Positions 1 to 9,213 of a DNA stretch of 64,000 nt are shown here, piece by piece (the first letter of the stretch is position 1; every line of letters begins with the position of its first letter). The DNA is taken from positions 1,194 through 65,193 of the forward strand of contig JBPCYD010000336.1 in assembly GCA_051007895.1 (NCBI GenBank), given 5' to 3'. The stretch is from Woeseiaceae bacterium. GTDB taxonomy: Bacteria; Pseudomonadota; Gammaproteobacteria; Steroidobacterales; Woeseiaceae. The notes below the pieces were generated by a model. That model worked only from the letters and a program-made list of their open reading frames with translations. It searched no databases and was not told the DNA's origin. The position numbers were made by a program, and so were the translations under genes.

Positions 1-1
1 G

Positions 2-652
2 GAGTGCGGAAAAACCGAATTCTGCAATGTTGCCCGCGACCAGTCCGAATATGCCGATTGGCGCCAGTCGAATCACGACGCGAACAATTGACGTTACTGC
101 ATGCGAAAGATCCCACAACATCTTTCGCGAACCGTCACTCGCATGACGCATCGCGAGTCCCAGCGCAACACCCCAAACCAGGATGCCGATAAAGTTACCA
201 TTCATTACCGCACTGACGGGATTATCTACAATCTTGAACAGCAGATTGTTGAGCACCTCGCCGATCCCCTGTGGCGGATTCATCGCAACGTCTGAAACGC
301 TCAACGTAAGGACCGTGGGAAAAAGCTTGCTCATTGTGACCGCCAGGAAGGCAGCACTTAGGGTTCCAACCAGGTACAAAACCACTATGGGTCGCAGCTG
401 CGCATGATGCCCGGCCTTTTGATTTGCCAGCGCCGAGGCAACGAGAACCAGAACCAGGACCGGCGCAACAGCCTTCAGCGCCTGCACGAACAGGTTACCC
501 AGCAGCATGGACTGGCTTGCCGCGGCCGGCCAAAGAAGAGCCAGGGCGATGCCGACGCCAATGCCAGCGGCGATACGATAGACAAGATTGCCGCCGAACA
601 GCCATTGCGTGACAGGCGAGTTTGCGCTTGTGGGCGTGTTTTCCAGCGACAT
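2..652 (-). CDS. sstT: Serine/threonine transporter SstT (DAACS family), N-terminal part; the gene runs off the left edge
   Basis: Absent from the ORF track because it is truncated by the window edge. My own minus-strand translation from the ATG at 652 gives MSLENTPTSANSPVTQWLFGGNLVYRIAAGIGVGIALALLW...LFVQALKAVAPVLVLVLVASALANQKAGH...NGNFIGILVWGVALGLAMRHASD. The frame stays open to position 2 and matches my recollection of the SstT N-terminal helices. Confidence 0.8.
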   Translation of the reverse strand, partial: MSLENTPTSANSPVTQWLFGGNLVYRIAAGIGVGIALALLWPAAASQSMLLGNLFVQALKAVAPVLVLVLVASALANQKAGHHAQLRPIVVLYLVGTLSAAFLAVTMSKLFPTVLTLSVSDVAMNPPQGIGEVLNNLLFKIVDNPVSAVMNGNFIGILVWGVALGLAMRHASDGSRKMLWDLSHAVTSIVRVVIRLAPIGIFGLVAGNIAEFGFSAL

Positions 653-732
653 GCAGCTCTTCTTTTTGTTGTATGAAGCGGCATTATCAGTGATTCGACG
701 GGAATTGGCGAGAATGACCAGGCCGATGCGTG

Positions 733-1500
733 TCAGGGAAATGCAATCACCGATCGCCATAGCAGGTAAGACCCGAGGACCAGCAAGGCGGACAGGAAGA
801 TCTTTTGAAACTGTAACTCGTCAACCTGCTTACGCGCCCAACGGCCAAGGTATATGCCAGTGAATGAGGGAATCAGCGCAACGACAGACAGCTTCAGGCT
901 GTCACCTCCCAGCAAACTGTTCGTACCCAGCGAAATAGTCAGCATGAGCGTCGAAATGGCAAAGAACATGCCCATCGCTTGCACGAGCATGTCCTTGGAA
1001 AAACCCAGCGCCTGCATGTAGAGCACGGACGGAACCATGAAAGATCCCGTGAACCCGGTCAGACCGCCGTTGACCGTACCCAGCACAACGGACAAGAGCG
1101 GCTCCTTCGCCCGATCCACGGTGATATGAAAATTTAGTAGCCGGGTCAGCGCGAAAAACAACAGCACGCCGCCCAGAAGTCCGGTAAGCAATTCGACATT
1201 CACTACCGTAAGGAAGCGCGACGCAATCAATATTCCAACAGCGGAGCAGACGAAATAGAGCCACATACGTTGCAGCACCGCTGATAAATACGGCCCCGAT
1301 AAGGCCTGCCAGATGTTCGTTACCAGCGTTGGTACGATGAGAATGGCGAGTGCTTCAAACAGTCCGATCGTCAGGGTGAGAATAACCAGTACGATTATGG
1401 GAAAACCAAAGCCGACGACACCTTTAACAAATCCGGCCAGAAAAAATGCAACCATTCCCGTTACGATAAGATCCATACGCTCATCGTATGCGACCCGCAC
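733..1500 (-). CDS. TauE/SafE (DUF81) family anion exporter-like membrane protein
   Basis: 255-aa all-helical membrane ORF with a glycine-rich first helix (FLAGFVKGVVGFGFPIIV) and an internal two-half repeat typical of TauE/SafE. The start is GTG at 1500; ATG at 1476 is an alternative. Confidence 0.7.
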   Translation of the reverse strand: MRVAYDERMDLIVTGMVAFFLAGFVKGVVGFGFPIIVLVILTLTIGLFEALAILIVPTLVTNIWQALSGPYLSAVLQRMWLYFVCSAVGILIASRFLTVVNVELLTGLLGGVLLFFALTRLLNFHITVDRAKEPLLSVVLGTVNGGLTGFTGSFMVPSVLYMQALGFSKDMLVQAMGMFFAISTLMLTISLGTNSLLGGDSLKLSVVALIPSFTGIYLGRWARKQVDELQFQKIFLSALLVLGSYLLWRSVIAFP

Positions 1501-1569
1501 GAACTAAAAAAGACGGTTGATTGCTCCCTGTCACTCAGAAAACTATCGTCTATGCGGGTGTACGCGGGT

Positions 1570-2763
1570 CTATGCGGGCTTTTTGGCCAGGGCCACCCGG
1601 CCAACGCGGACTTCGTTGCCGGGCGCCGGCCGGTCCGGAACATTCTGCGCCAGCGCCAGCGAACACGCTGCGAAAGCAGTTCCAACGAGGAAAACGGCGG
1701 CATTCGAATGTATCCATACCAGGCCAAGCGCAGCCGGGATAACTACGGCTGCAATGTGATTGATCGTAAACGAGACGCCCGCACTACTGGCAAAGTCCGC
1801 CGGATCAGCGATTTTTTGAAAGTAGGTCGACATGGCAATGTACAAAGCGAAGAACATATGATCGACGACATACAGGATTGCCGCGATGTAAGCGTTTTCG
1901 ACGAATGCATAGGACGTAAACACAACAATGAGCCCAACATATTCGATACTGAGTGAGTTTCGTTCCCCGATGCGCCTGATCAGAACGCCGATTCTCTCGG
2001 CAAACAGCCAGTTGAATGCGTAGTTGATCAGAAACAGAAGCGTGACCTGCGCCGCTGTATACCCGAACTTTTCCACCATGAGGAAAGCGGCGAAAACCAT
2101 AAATATCTGTCGCCGCGCTCCGGAAAGAAACGTCAGGCCATAATAGAGCCAATAGCGCTTCCGCAAAATCAGTTTACTGTGTTGCTCCGTTTCGCTTTTG
2201 TAATGCGGAAAGCCCATCCACATTACGACTGCCAGCCCAGCACAGATTGCACCCGCTATGAAAAAATTCCAGACATAGTCCAAATTGAATAATTCGAGCA
2301 AAAGCCAGAGTACGCCGTAGACAATCAACGACGTTATTGCCGCAACCGATATCAATCGACCCAGCACCCGTGGAGCCTCGTCAGTGCTTAACCATTGTAA
2401 TGCCAGCGATTGCTTGACCGCTTCGAAATAGTGGAAACCCAGTGACATAACGACCGTCGTGAAATACAGGCCATAAGTTGTCGGAAAAAATCCAGTGGCG
2501 GCAACACCCAGACCCAATAACGCAAGCGAAACGACAGCAAAAGTCTGCTCTCTAAGTATCAAGAGCACGAATACGGTTGTGAATGCGAGGAATCCGGGCA
2601 CCTCCCTCAAGCTTTGTAAGATTCCAATTTCGACGCCTGTGAATGCCGCGCGCTCTATCACAAAATTATTGAGCAGCGCCGTCCAGGCATTGAACGCGAC
2701 GGGCATGGCAATGCTCATGAGGACGAGCAACATGATTGGAGACTGCCACTTCTTTACTGTCAC
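1570..2763 (-). CDS. MFS-type transporter
   Basis: Long multi-TM ORF of MFS-like length and hydrophobic periodicity. The ORF-track start at 2901 overlaps the upstream gene. GTG at 2763 (7 nt after the upstream stop) or ATG at 2733 is more plausible. Confidence 0.6.
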   Translation of the reverse strand: MTVKKWQSPIMLLVLMSIAMPVAFNAWTALLNNFVIERAAFTGVEIGILQSLREVPGFLAFTTVFVLLILREQTFAVVSLALLGLGVAATGFFPTTYGLYFTTVVMSLGFHYFEAVKQSLALQWLSTDEAPRVLGRLISVAAITSLIVYGVLWLLLELFNLDYVWNFFIAGAICAGLAVVMWMGFPHYKSETEQHSKLILRKRYWLYYGLTFLSGARRQIFMVFAAFLMVEKFGYTAAQVTLLFLINYAFNWLFAERIGVLIRRIGERNSLSIEYVGLIVVFTSYAFVENAYIAAILYVVDHMFFALYIAMSTYFQKIADPADFASSAGVSFTINHIAAVVIPAALGLVWIHSNAAVFLVGTAFAACSLALAQNVPDRPAPGNEVRVGRVALAKKPA

Positions 2764-2770
2764 GATTAGA

Positions 2771-3532
2771 TCAGACTCCGAAATTCGGCATTGGAATGCC
2801 GCTGTCATGATAATAGTCGCGCCATTCTCGCGCCGGGTTTTTCGCACCGGACACAACAATATCCGTGAACATTGAATAGGCAGTCGCCGCTTCTTTGGCA
2901 ATTGACTCGTCGAATGCGGAAGGAAGTTCCAGTTCCCAGCGATACTGATGCTCGCGATTTACGGCCGCAGCATGCAGGAAGGACTGCTTCCAGTCTGCCT
3001 CCTCGTCCCAATCGTCCAGCCCAACCCGCAAAGCATCCAGCGTCTCGAGGTGCCAATACGAAATCCAGTACTCCCGCTGTGCGAATTGCCATAGATCCGG
3101 TGAATTGGTGTCTTTGTTCTCGCGCTCGTTCTCGCGAAACAGCGCCGACCGCAATTCATCATTGCACTCAAACAGCTGCGCCAGGTGTGACCCGAGCATG
3201 CCGCTGATCCCAGGCTGGTCACTCAGGCCAAACCTGTCTTTCTCGGGAGGAGGCGGGACCAGCAGGACCTGGTATGCAGCAAGCCTATGCATTACAGCCG
3301 CAAAACGCTCGCGACAAACCGCGATGGGGTCTCTTTGCTTGCAGATGTCATTGATTTCCAGGAATAGCTTTCGTGCCAGTTCGAGCCGCATCTGCTCATC
3401 GATGAACTGATGCAGCGGAATCTGGCTATAGACGACGGCCGATTGCTCAACGGCAGTTGCCAGGACAGGGTCTTTTCGCCCCTTGTCGACAGCGGAACGA
3501 CCCGAAAACAGATTGCCAATCCAGGTAAACAC
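2771..3532 (-). CDS. Hypothetical soluble protein (no family recognised)
   Basis: 253-aa ORF with GTG start, no TM segments, acidic and Trp-rich. It sits 7 nt upstream of the MFS gene on the same strand. No motif recognised. Confidence 0.5.
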   Translation of the reverse strand: MFTWIGNLFSGRSAVDKGRKDPVLATAVEQSAVVYSQIPLHQFIDEQMRLELARKLFLEINDICKQRDPIAVCRERFAAVMHRLAAYQVLLVPPPPEKDRFGLSDQPGISGMLGSHLAQLFECNDELRSALFRENERENKDTNSPDLWQFAQREYWISYWHLETLDALRVGLDDWDEEADWKQSFLHAAAVNREHQYRWELELPSAFDESIAKEAATAYSMFTDIVVSGAKNPAREWRDYYHDSGIPMPNFGV

Positions 3533-3716
3533 GGAGAATATCCAGGTAGTTGGTAAGGAGACCGAAGCCGGTCACTTTGTAGTGTAATAAAACAGAAAAC
3601 GGGCCGGTCTGCCATAGTGAATCAATGACGCTATTAGATTACTGCGACCACGATTTCATTTTCAGCGATGCGCGCTACATCACCAGAACGATATAGCGCC
3701 GACACGAAAAACCCGG

Positions 3717-4046
3717 GTGTATCTTTTGACCCACGTTCGCATTCAACATAAAACTACCGGCCGACTACTTGCCGATGGCCCGCTGGGATGGGGTATCACG
3801 CCGTTTGAAGGAAATTTATATATTCGAAAGAAGTATCTGCGGACTGACCAATTCAAGGTCAATTACGTACCTGGGTTGTGTATATACAAGTTTTTGTATG
3901 TCTGGCTCGACCTGTACCTGGATGACGGAAACCGGGTGCCGAATCTAGGCTGGCTCTACTGGTTTCCCAATCCGCTGTTGCCGTTTATCTGGTTCCGTGT
4001 CGCGGTGCCGCGAAATCATCCGGAACTGGTGACGGAAGAATATTAG
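3717..4046 (+). CDS. DUF427-like small protein
   Basis: 109-aa ORF with GTG start. FEGNLYI...C.YK...W.Y..P resembles the DUF427 pattern (EGN.YFP ... CP.KG.A.Y ... AW.Y..P). Local GC looks lower than the flanks. Confidence 0.45.
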   Translation: MYLLTHVRIQHKTTGRLLADGPLGWGITPFEGNLYIRKKYLRTDQFKVNYVPGLCIYKFLYVWLDLYLDDGNRVPNLGWLYWFPNPLLPFIWFRVAVPRNHPELVTEEY

Positions 4047-4071
4047 CCAGGGAACCACGAACCGACACCGG

Positions 4072-5346
4072 TCATCCAGCATCGTCAATCGGGTGCCTGG
4101 CGACCGTCCCCTCCACTAACTTTTTGATCGTCAGTCCCTGCACGATTATTGAAAAAAGCACCACGGCATACGTAATCGTCAGAATGGTCGGCTTGTATTC
4201 ATTGTTGGGCAGTGACAGTGCCAGCGCGACCGCAATGCCACCGCGCAGCCCACCCCAGGTAAGTATCGGAATTGCGCCCTTGGCAAATGTCTGCCAGGGC
4301 GAGAGTATGCTTATGGGTACAAAGACAGCGAACCACCTCGCGATCAAGGTAACCGGAATTAACAGCAGCGCAACTCCAACGTGATCTGCGCGCTGCGCGA
4401 CGATCAGAACTTCCAATCCGATTAGCAGGAATAAAACCGAATTCAAAATCTCGTCAAGCAATGACCAGAATTTCTGCACATAGTCTTTGGTCTTGTCGCT
4501 TACCGCGAATTTCATGCCCTTGTTGCCTATCAGGAGACCAGCAACAACCATGGCAATGGGGCCGCTCATATGCAGCTTTAAAGCAACTACGTAAGTAACC
4601 ATGACCAATGCAAGCGTTATCAATACTTCAAGATTATGCTCGTCAATCTCGTACATCGCGCGATAACCAATATAGCCGGCAATGAAACCCAGCACGGCAC
4701 CGCCGACCGCTTCGGTCAGAAACAACTCGGCAATAGTGAGCGCGCTCATCTCTCCGCCATGCCCGACGCCGCCGGTCGCGATTGCCACTACTACGGCAAA
4801 GACCACGACGCCAACCCCGTCGTTAAACAACGACTCGCCTGCCATTTTCGCTTCAAGAGATTTTGGAACCTCGACTGTCTTGAACAAACCCAGCACTGCC
4901 ACGGGGTCCGTCGGACTGATCAAGGCACCGAACACCAGCGCCCAGATAAACGGCATCTCGATATCAAACAGACCGAGCAGCCACCAGGTGACCCCACCTA
5001 TAAAAAAAGTGGAAATAAGAATACCTACGGTCGCCATTAGAGCGATTGCTCGTGACTGAGATTTGAACACCGAAAAATCGACGTGCAGAGCGCCGGCGAA
5101 CAGAAGAAAACTGAGCATGCCGTTCATCACGGCATCGTGAAAATCGATCTGATTCAGCATGCCTGTGATCTGACCTGCGATCTCTGTATTCGGACTGAAC
5201 AGTTCAATAGCAACGATTACCAGCGAGGCCGCCAGCGCGATCAGAACCAAACCGATGGTGTGCGGCAATTTAAGGAATCTGTGATTCACAAAGCCGAACA
5301 ATGCAGACAGGCCGATCAGGACCGCGCCAATTTCAAAAACGTTCAT
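4072..5346 (-). CDS. CPA1-family Na+/H+ antiporter (NhaP-like)
   Basis: 424-aa polytopic ORF with ISPTDPVAV and FNDGVGVV motifs characteristic of CPA1 exchangers. AGGAG lies 10 nt upstream of the ATG. Confidence 0.8.
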   Translation of the reverse strand: MNVFEIGAVLIGLSALFGFVNHRFLKLPHTIGLVLIALAASLVIVAIELFSPNTEIAGQITGMLNQIDFHDAVMNGMLSFLLFAGALHVDFSVFKSQSRAIALMATVGILISTFFIGGVTWWLLGLFDIEMPFIWALVFGALISPTDPVAVLGLFKTVEVPKSLEAKMAGESLFNDGVGVVVFAVVVAIATGGVGHGGEMSALTIAELFLTEAVGGAVLGFIAGYIGYRAMYEIDEHNLEVLITLALVMVTYVVALKLHMSGPIAMVVAGLLIGNKGMKFAVSDKTKDYVQKFWSLLDEILNSVLFLLIGLEVLIVAQRADHVGVALLLIPVTLIARWFAVFVPISILSPWQTFAKGAIPILTWGGLRGGIAVALALSLPNNEYKPTILTITYAVVLFSIIVQGLTIKKLVEGTVARHPIDDAG

Positions 5347-5550
5347 AGTGCAACTGCTCCTGTTCCGTGACCGCCTGTTCGATACCCGGAGAGTAGCATC
5401 GGCGTGCGTCGCTGCATCGAACCAATGGCGAAGCCTTTTTAAGGCGTATCGCTGTTGTCGACAATATTGCGATAAACTTGAGGATTGTGTAGCTTGCCAA
5501 GCTGTCGCGCACCTGGCAAATAGCGACCTGATAAAACCTTAAGGACCACA

Positions 5551-6732
5551 GTGATACAAGACGCGTTCCTGGTATTTTCGGATTCCCGACTGAATCACGT
5601 CAGCAATTCGACGAATGACAAAAAGAACGTCTCGTCTCTGTTCTCTGAGACAGAGATCAAGCAAGCTTATAAGAGCATCTCGACCTGGCCCGGCTACCGT
5701 CCGAGCCCCTTGCTTTCGCTTGCGGGACTCGCAAGTGTACTGAGCGTGCGCAAGATTCTGTATAAGGATGAAAGCAATCGATTTGGGCTCGGCAGCTTTA
5801 AGGCGCTTGGCGGGGCGTTCGCGGTAAGTCAAATGGCGAATGCGAAGACAGAGAAACCGGGAGCGTTGACAGTCACCACCGCGACAGATGGAAACCATGG
5901 TCGCTCCGTGGCCTGGGGTGCAAGACAACACGGTCATCGTGCCGTTATCTACATACATGCCGAGGTCAGCCCTGGCAGAGAACAGGCTTTGAAAGATCAG
6001 GGCGCCGAGGTCGTTCGCGTTGCTGGAAACTACGATGATTCGGTGCGCATTTGTTACGAAGCTGCAGCCGAGAACGGCTGGGACGTAGTCTCGGATACTA
6101 CCTATGACGGTGCAGGCCATGAAGTGGCGCGGACCGTTATGCTTGGTTATTCGGCAATGGTTTCAGAACTCGTCGCACAGTTTGGGGACGACATCCCAAC
6201 CCATGTCTTCGTCCAGGGCGGGGTCGGTGGATTGGCAGCAACGGTTTGCGAGTGCTTTCGAGTAGCTTACGAAGATCAAGCTCCCCGCACTATTGTAGTG
6301 GAGCCTGAACTTGCGGCGTGCCTTTACGAAAGTGCGAGAAACAAAGCGCCGACGACAGTCGAAATTGTGAACGAAACGGTGATGGCGGGACTTTCCTGCG
6401 GTGAAGTGTCGTCCGTAGCATGGCCTGTGCTGCGGGATCACGCTGACGACTTCATGACGATTTCGGATTCAATCGTGGCACCGACAATGACGCTGTTGCG
6501 GGACTCACCGTTTGGAGATGCACCCATAGTCGCCGGCGAATCCGCAGTCGCAGGATTGGCAGGGTTTATCGCCGCAAGACAGAAGGCCGGCGTTTCAGAT
6601 GCGCTGAACCTGGACGACGACAGTCGAATACTCGTGCTCGGCACTGAAGGTGCGACTGATCCAGCTGTCTATGAACGTATGACCGGCTGGACGGTTGATG
6701 GGCTTGCGCGTAGCGGAGTTTCCGGCGGATGA
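5551..6732 (+). CDS. dpaL: Diaminopropionate ammonia-lyase (PLP-dependent)
   Basis: Colinear with my recollection of E. coli YgeX: KDESNRFGLGSFKALGG (PLP lysine), TATDGNHGRSVAWGA, IVVEP, MAGLSCGE, GESAVAGL, GTEGATDP. GTG start with AAGGA 5 nt upstream. Confidence 0.85.
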   Translation: MIQDAFLVFSDSRLNHVSNSTNDKKNVSSLFSETEIKQAYKSISTWPGYRPSPLLSLAGLASVLSVRKILYKDESNRFGLGSFKALGGAFAVSQMANAKTEKPGALTVTTATDGNHGRSVAWGARQHGHRAVIYIHAEVSPGREQALKDQGAEVVRVAGNYDDSVRICYEAAAENGWDVVSDTTYDGAGHEVARTVMLGYSAMVSELVAQFGDDIPTHVFVQGGVGGLAATVCECFRVAYEDQAPRTIVVEPELAACLYESARNKAPTTVEIVNETVMAGLSCGEVSSVAWPVLRDHADDFMTISDSIVAPTMTLLRDSPFGDAPIVAGESAVAGLAGFIAARQKAGVSDALNLDDDSRILVLGTEGATDPAVYERMTGWTVDGLARSGVSGG

Positions 6733-6784
6733 AAATCGGCCCGGTGATCCCCGGTTACGCGCTTTCCTGCCTGAGCGCTTTTCC

Positions 6785-8134
6785 ATGATTGTCAAAGGGA
6801 CGGTCATTCACACACCGGTTCTCGGTCGTGTCGAGATCATCAGCGATGCATTGGTAACGGTCGACAATGATGGGCAGATAGGGAGCGTTCTTGGCACCGA
6901 CTCGAGTGAATACGAAACCTGCTTCGCCGCGGCTCGTACCGACAGTCATTTTGTAGAATTGCAACGCGGACAGTACCTGCTTCCGGGGCTGGTTGATCTG
7001 CACGTTCACGCACCGCAGTGGCCGCAGCTCGGCAAGGCTTTGCACCTGCCGTTGTATGACTGGCTGCAACAGTACACGTTTCCACTCGAGGCCCGATATT
7101 CGGACCTCGGGTTTGCGCGCACCGTTTACACATCATTGGTCGACAATCTCCTGGCCAATGGCACGACGACCGCAACGTACTTCGGCACGATTCACCTCGA
7201 GGCAACCAAGATACTTGCCGACATCTGTCAGGAACAAGGGCAACGAGCCATTATTGGCAAGGTCGTCATGGATAATTCTGACGAATGTCCTGATTTTTAT
7301 CGCGATGATTCATGCAGGTCGTCGCTCGATGAAACGAGTACGTTTGTTGAATACGTCAACGGCATTGGTGGAAAGGATTCGGGTAGAGTCCTACCTGCGG
7401 TAACACCGCGCTTTATTCCAAGCTGTACTGACGAGGCGCTGATGGGACTGGGCAAGATCGCGCGGGAATACGGCTGTCACGTACAAACACATTGTTCCGA
7501 GAGCGATTGGGAGCACAACTACGTTCTCGATCGGCATGGGATAAACGACACTCAGAGCCTGGATCGATTCGGCTTGCTGACCGACAAAACAGTCCTGGCG
7601 CACTCAAATCTGATCAGCCGTTCAGACATGACTACCGTAAGGGACAGGGACTGCGGTATTGCCCATTGCCCTTTATCGAATGTCTATTTCTCGAACGCGG
7701 TATTTCCCGCCCGCAGGGCGCTGGATTTTGGATTAACGGTGGGCCTGGGCACTGATATTTCGGGAGGCCCACGCGCCGATATTCTCAGCAACTGCCAGGC
7801 AGCGGTGAATGCATCCCGCTTGCTGGAAGAGGGTGTCGATGCCGATGCTGACGCCGCCAGGCGCGGCACTCCGGATTCAAGGATCGACTACCTGGAAGCA
7901 TTCTGGATGGCTACCGTGGGTGGCGCCAGGGCGCTTGACCTGAAGATAGGCCAGATTTCGGACGGCTACTGTTTTGATGCCATTGTTGTGGACACAGAAT
8001 CGCCGGATAGCAATCTAAAGACCTGGGACGGTATGGATACTGCGGAGGACATCTTGCAGAAGATTATCTACAACGCGGACAGGCGCAATATCGCCCGGGT
8101 CTGGGTGCAGGGGAAGTTGCTGAAAAGCAGTTGA
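6785..8134 (+). CDS. guaD: Guanine deaminase-family amidohydrolase
   Basis: LPGLVDLHVHAPQ metal-binding HxH motif, NGTTTA, TPRF, HCSES, GLGTDISGG; colinear with recalled GuaD. The ATG at 6785 avoids the overlap with dpaL implied by the track start at 6695. Confidence 0.75.
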   Translation: MIVKGTVIHTPVLGRVEIISDALVTVDNDGQIGSVLGTDSSEYETCFAAARTDSHFVELQRGQYLLPGLVDLHVHAPQWPQLGKALHLPLYDWLQQYTFPLEARYSDLGFARTVYTSLVDNLLANGTTTATYFGTIHLEATKILADICQEQGQRAIIGKVVMDNSDECPDFYRDDSCRSSLDETSTFVEYVNGIGGKDSGRVLPAVTPRFIPSCTDEALMGLGKIAREYGCHVQTHCSESDWEHNYVLDRHGINDTQSLDRFGLLTDKTVLAHSNLISRSDMTTVRDRDCGIAHCPLSNVYFSNAVFPARRALDFGLTVGLGTDISGGPRADILSNCQAAVNASRLLEEGVDADADAARRGTPDSRIDYLEAFWMATVGGARALDLKIGQISDGYCFDAIVVDTESPDSNLKTWDGMDTAEDILQKIIYNADRRNIARVWVQGKLLKSS

Positions 8135-8414
8135 TCAACCGCGCGCCAGATTCGTCTGATGCAGTAACCAGAGCCCGCAGCTGTTTGCGCCGACGTAGGT
8201 TTTTTGCTTCGGCTGTGCTGAAAGCCACTAAAATCAAGCGATTCAGCCTGCCGGCTCGAGCAGTCTGCGCTCGGTCTTTTCGAATTATCGTGTCATAATC
8301 GAAAAAAATAGCACCTGGGCCGCCCGTTGCGCGGCAAGTGCAATTTGCGCCTGGCTGTTGCCAGATCCAATCCTGAATACCATATCCACCTTGGTGGTCA
8401 ACGCCGGTCAAAGA

Positions 8415-9209
8415 ATGAAGTCACAGGAATCCTCCCTTCAGGTATCTGCCAGATTGCTGGCACCGCTGGTCATGGCCACCATCGCCGGCTGCATCTCGCC
8501 AGGCTCTAAGTCGGATTCCGGTGACGATGAATCGGTGGTCGATGTTGCTCCGGTGGTTCCGGTGGTTGTCGGACCGCCCGAAGATCTTAAAGAATCAGTG
8601 CCGGATGCGTGCGAGTTACTGCTCTCGCGGCTGGATGAAACTCATCCTCTGCTGAATGACCTTGATCAGACCCTGGCGGGGCAGGCGGCGCGCATTGAGG
8701 AGGCGCTCGATCAGATAAGACGACCAGTACCGGCGCCGCAGATCCAGGAGTGTCCTGCCGTTTCGGTCGGAGACATCGGCAACAAGGAAGTCATCGGGGC
8801 TATCGAGTGGTTGTACCTGGAACCGCCGGGTCGGCATTATCGTGCACGGATTGACAGTGGCGCCGAAACGTCGTCCCTGAGTGCCAGCAGCATAGTCGAG
8901 TTCGAGCGCGACAGTGATGATTGGGTACGTTTTACCTTTCAACACAATCCCGAAGAAGAGCCGATCGAACTGGAGCTTCCGGTCAAACGCGTCATCCTGA
9001 TCAGGCAACCTTCGACCATCCAAGCCGAGCGCCGGGTCGTGGTTGAGATCGACATTCGTCTTGGCGAGGAACTGCAGACTACAGAGTTTGCATTAACGGA
9101 CCGCAGCCACATGACCTATCCGATGCTTCTTGGCCGGGCGTTCCTGATGGATATATACGTCCTGGACGTCTCCAGGTCATATATCCACGAGCGCTACGAA
9201 GCATCGTGA
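8415..9209 (+). CDS. RimB-like retropepsin-fold protease (family annotated as ATP-dependent zinc protease), with predicted lipoprotein signal
   Basis: Aspartic-protease signature DSGA at 8853-8864 (ARIDSGAETSSL). The C-terminal PMLLGRAFL is typical of this family. The N-terminus has lipobox-like LVMATIAGC. Confidence 0.7.
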   Translation: MKSQESSLQVSARLLAPLVMATIAGCISPGSKSDSGDDESVVDVAPVVPVVVGPPEDLKESVPDACELLLSRLDETHPLLNDLDQTLAGQAARIEEALDQIRRPVPAPQIQECPAVSVGDIGNKEVIGAIEWLYLEPPGRHYRARIDSGAETSSLSASSIVEFERDSDDWVRFTFQHNPEEEPIELELPVKRVILIRQPSTIQAERRVVVEIDIRLGEELQTTEFALTDRSHMTYPMLLGRAFLMDIYVLDVSRSYIHERYEAS

Positions 9210-9213
9210 ATCT

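Noticed and set aside
4-684. Several short ORFs from the track at the left edge (4-192, 101-295, 183-407, 404-676, 475-684)
   Set aside because: All overlap the long open minus-strand frame that reads as SstT, which the track missed because it is truncated by the window edge. None has a recognisable motif.
5539-6120. 193-aa minus-strand ORF opposite dpaL
   Set aside because: It is entirely antisense to a confidently identified PLP enzyme gene, its translation has no motifs, and it has odd Cys/Arg-rich composition.
6695-6784. N-terminal 30-aa extension of the guanine deaminase ORF overlapping the end of dpaL
   Set aside because: The extension has no similarity to the amidohydrolase fold. The family normally begins close to the MIVKGTVIH-type beta-strand, so the ATG at 6785 is the better start.
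8277-8306. TTTTCGAATTATCG...ATAATCGAAAAA imperfect palindrome upstream of the protease/7TM/ATP-grasp genes
   Set aside because: The arms only align with an indel, and the element is AT-rich in a promoter-like region. It is too weak to call an operator without comparative data.
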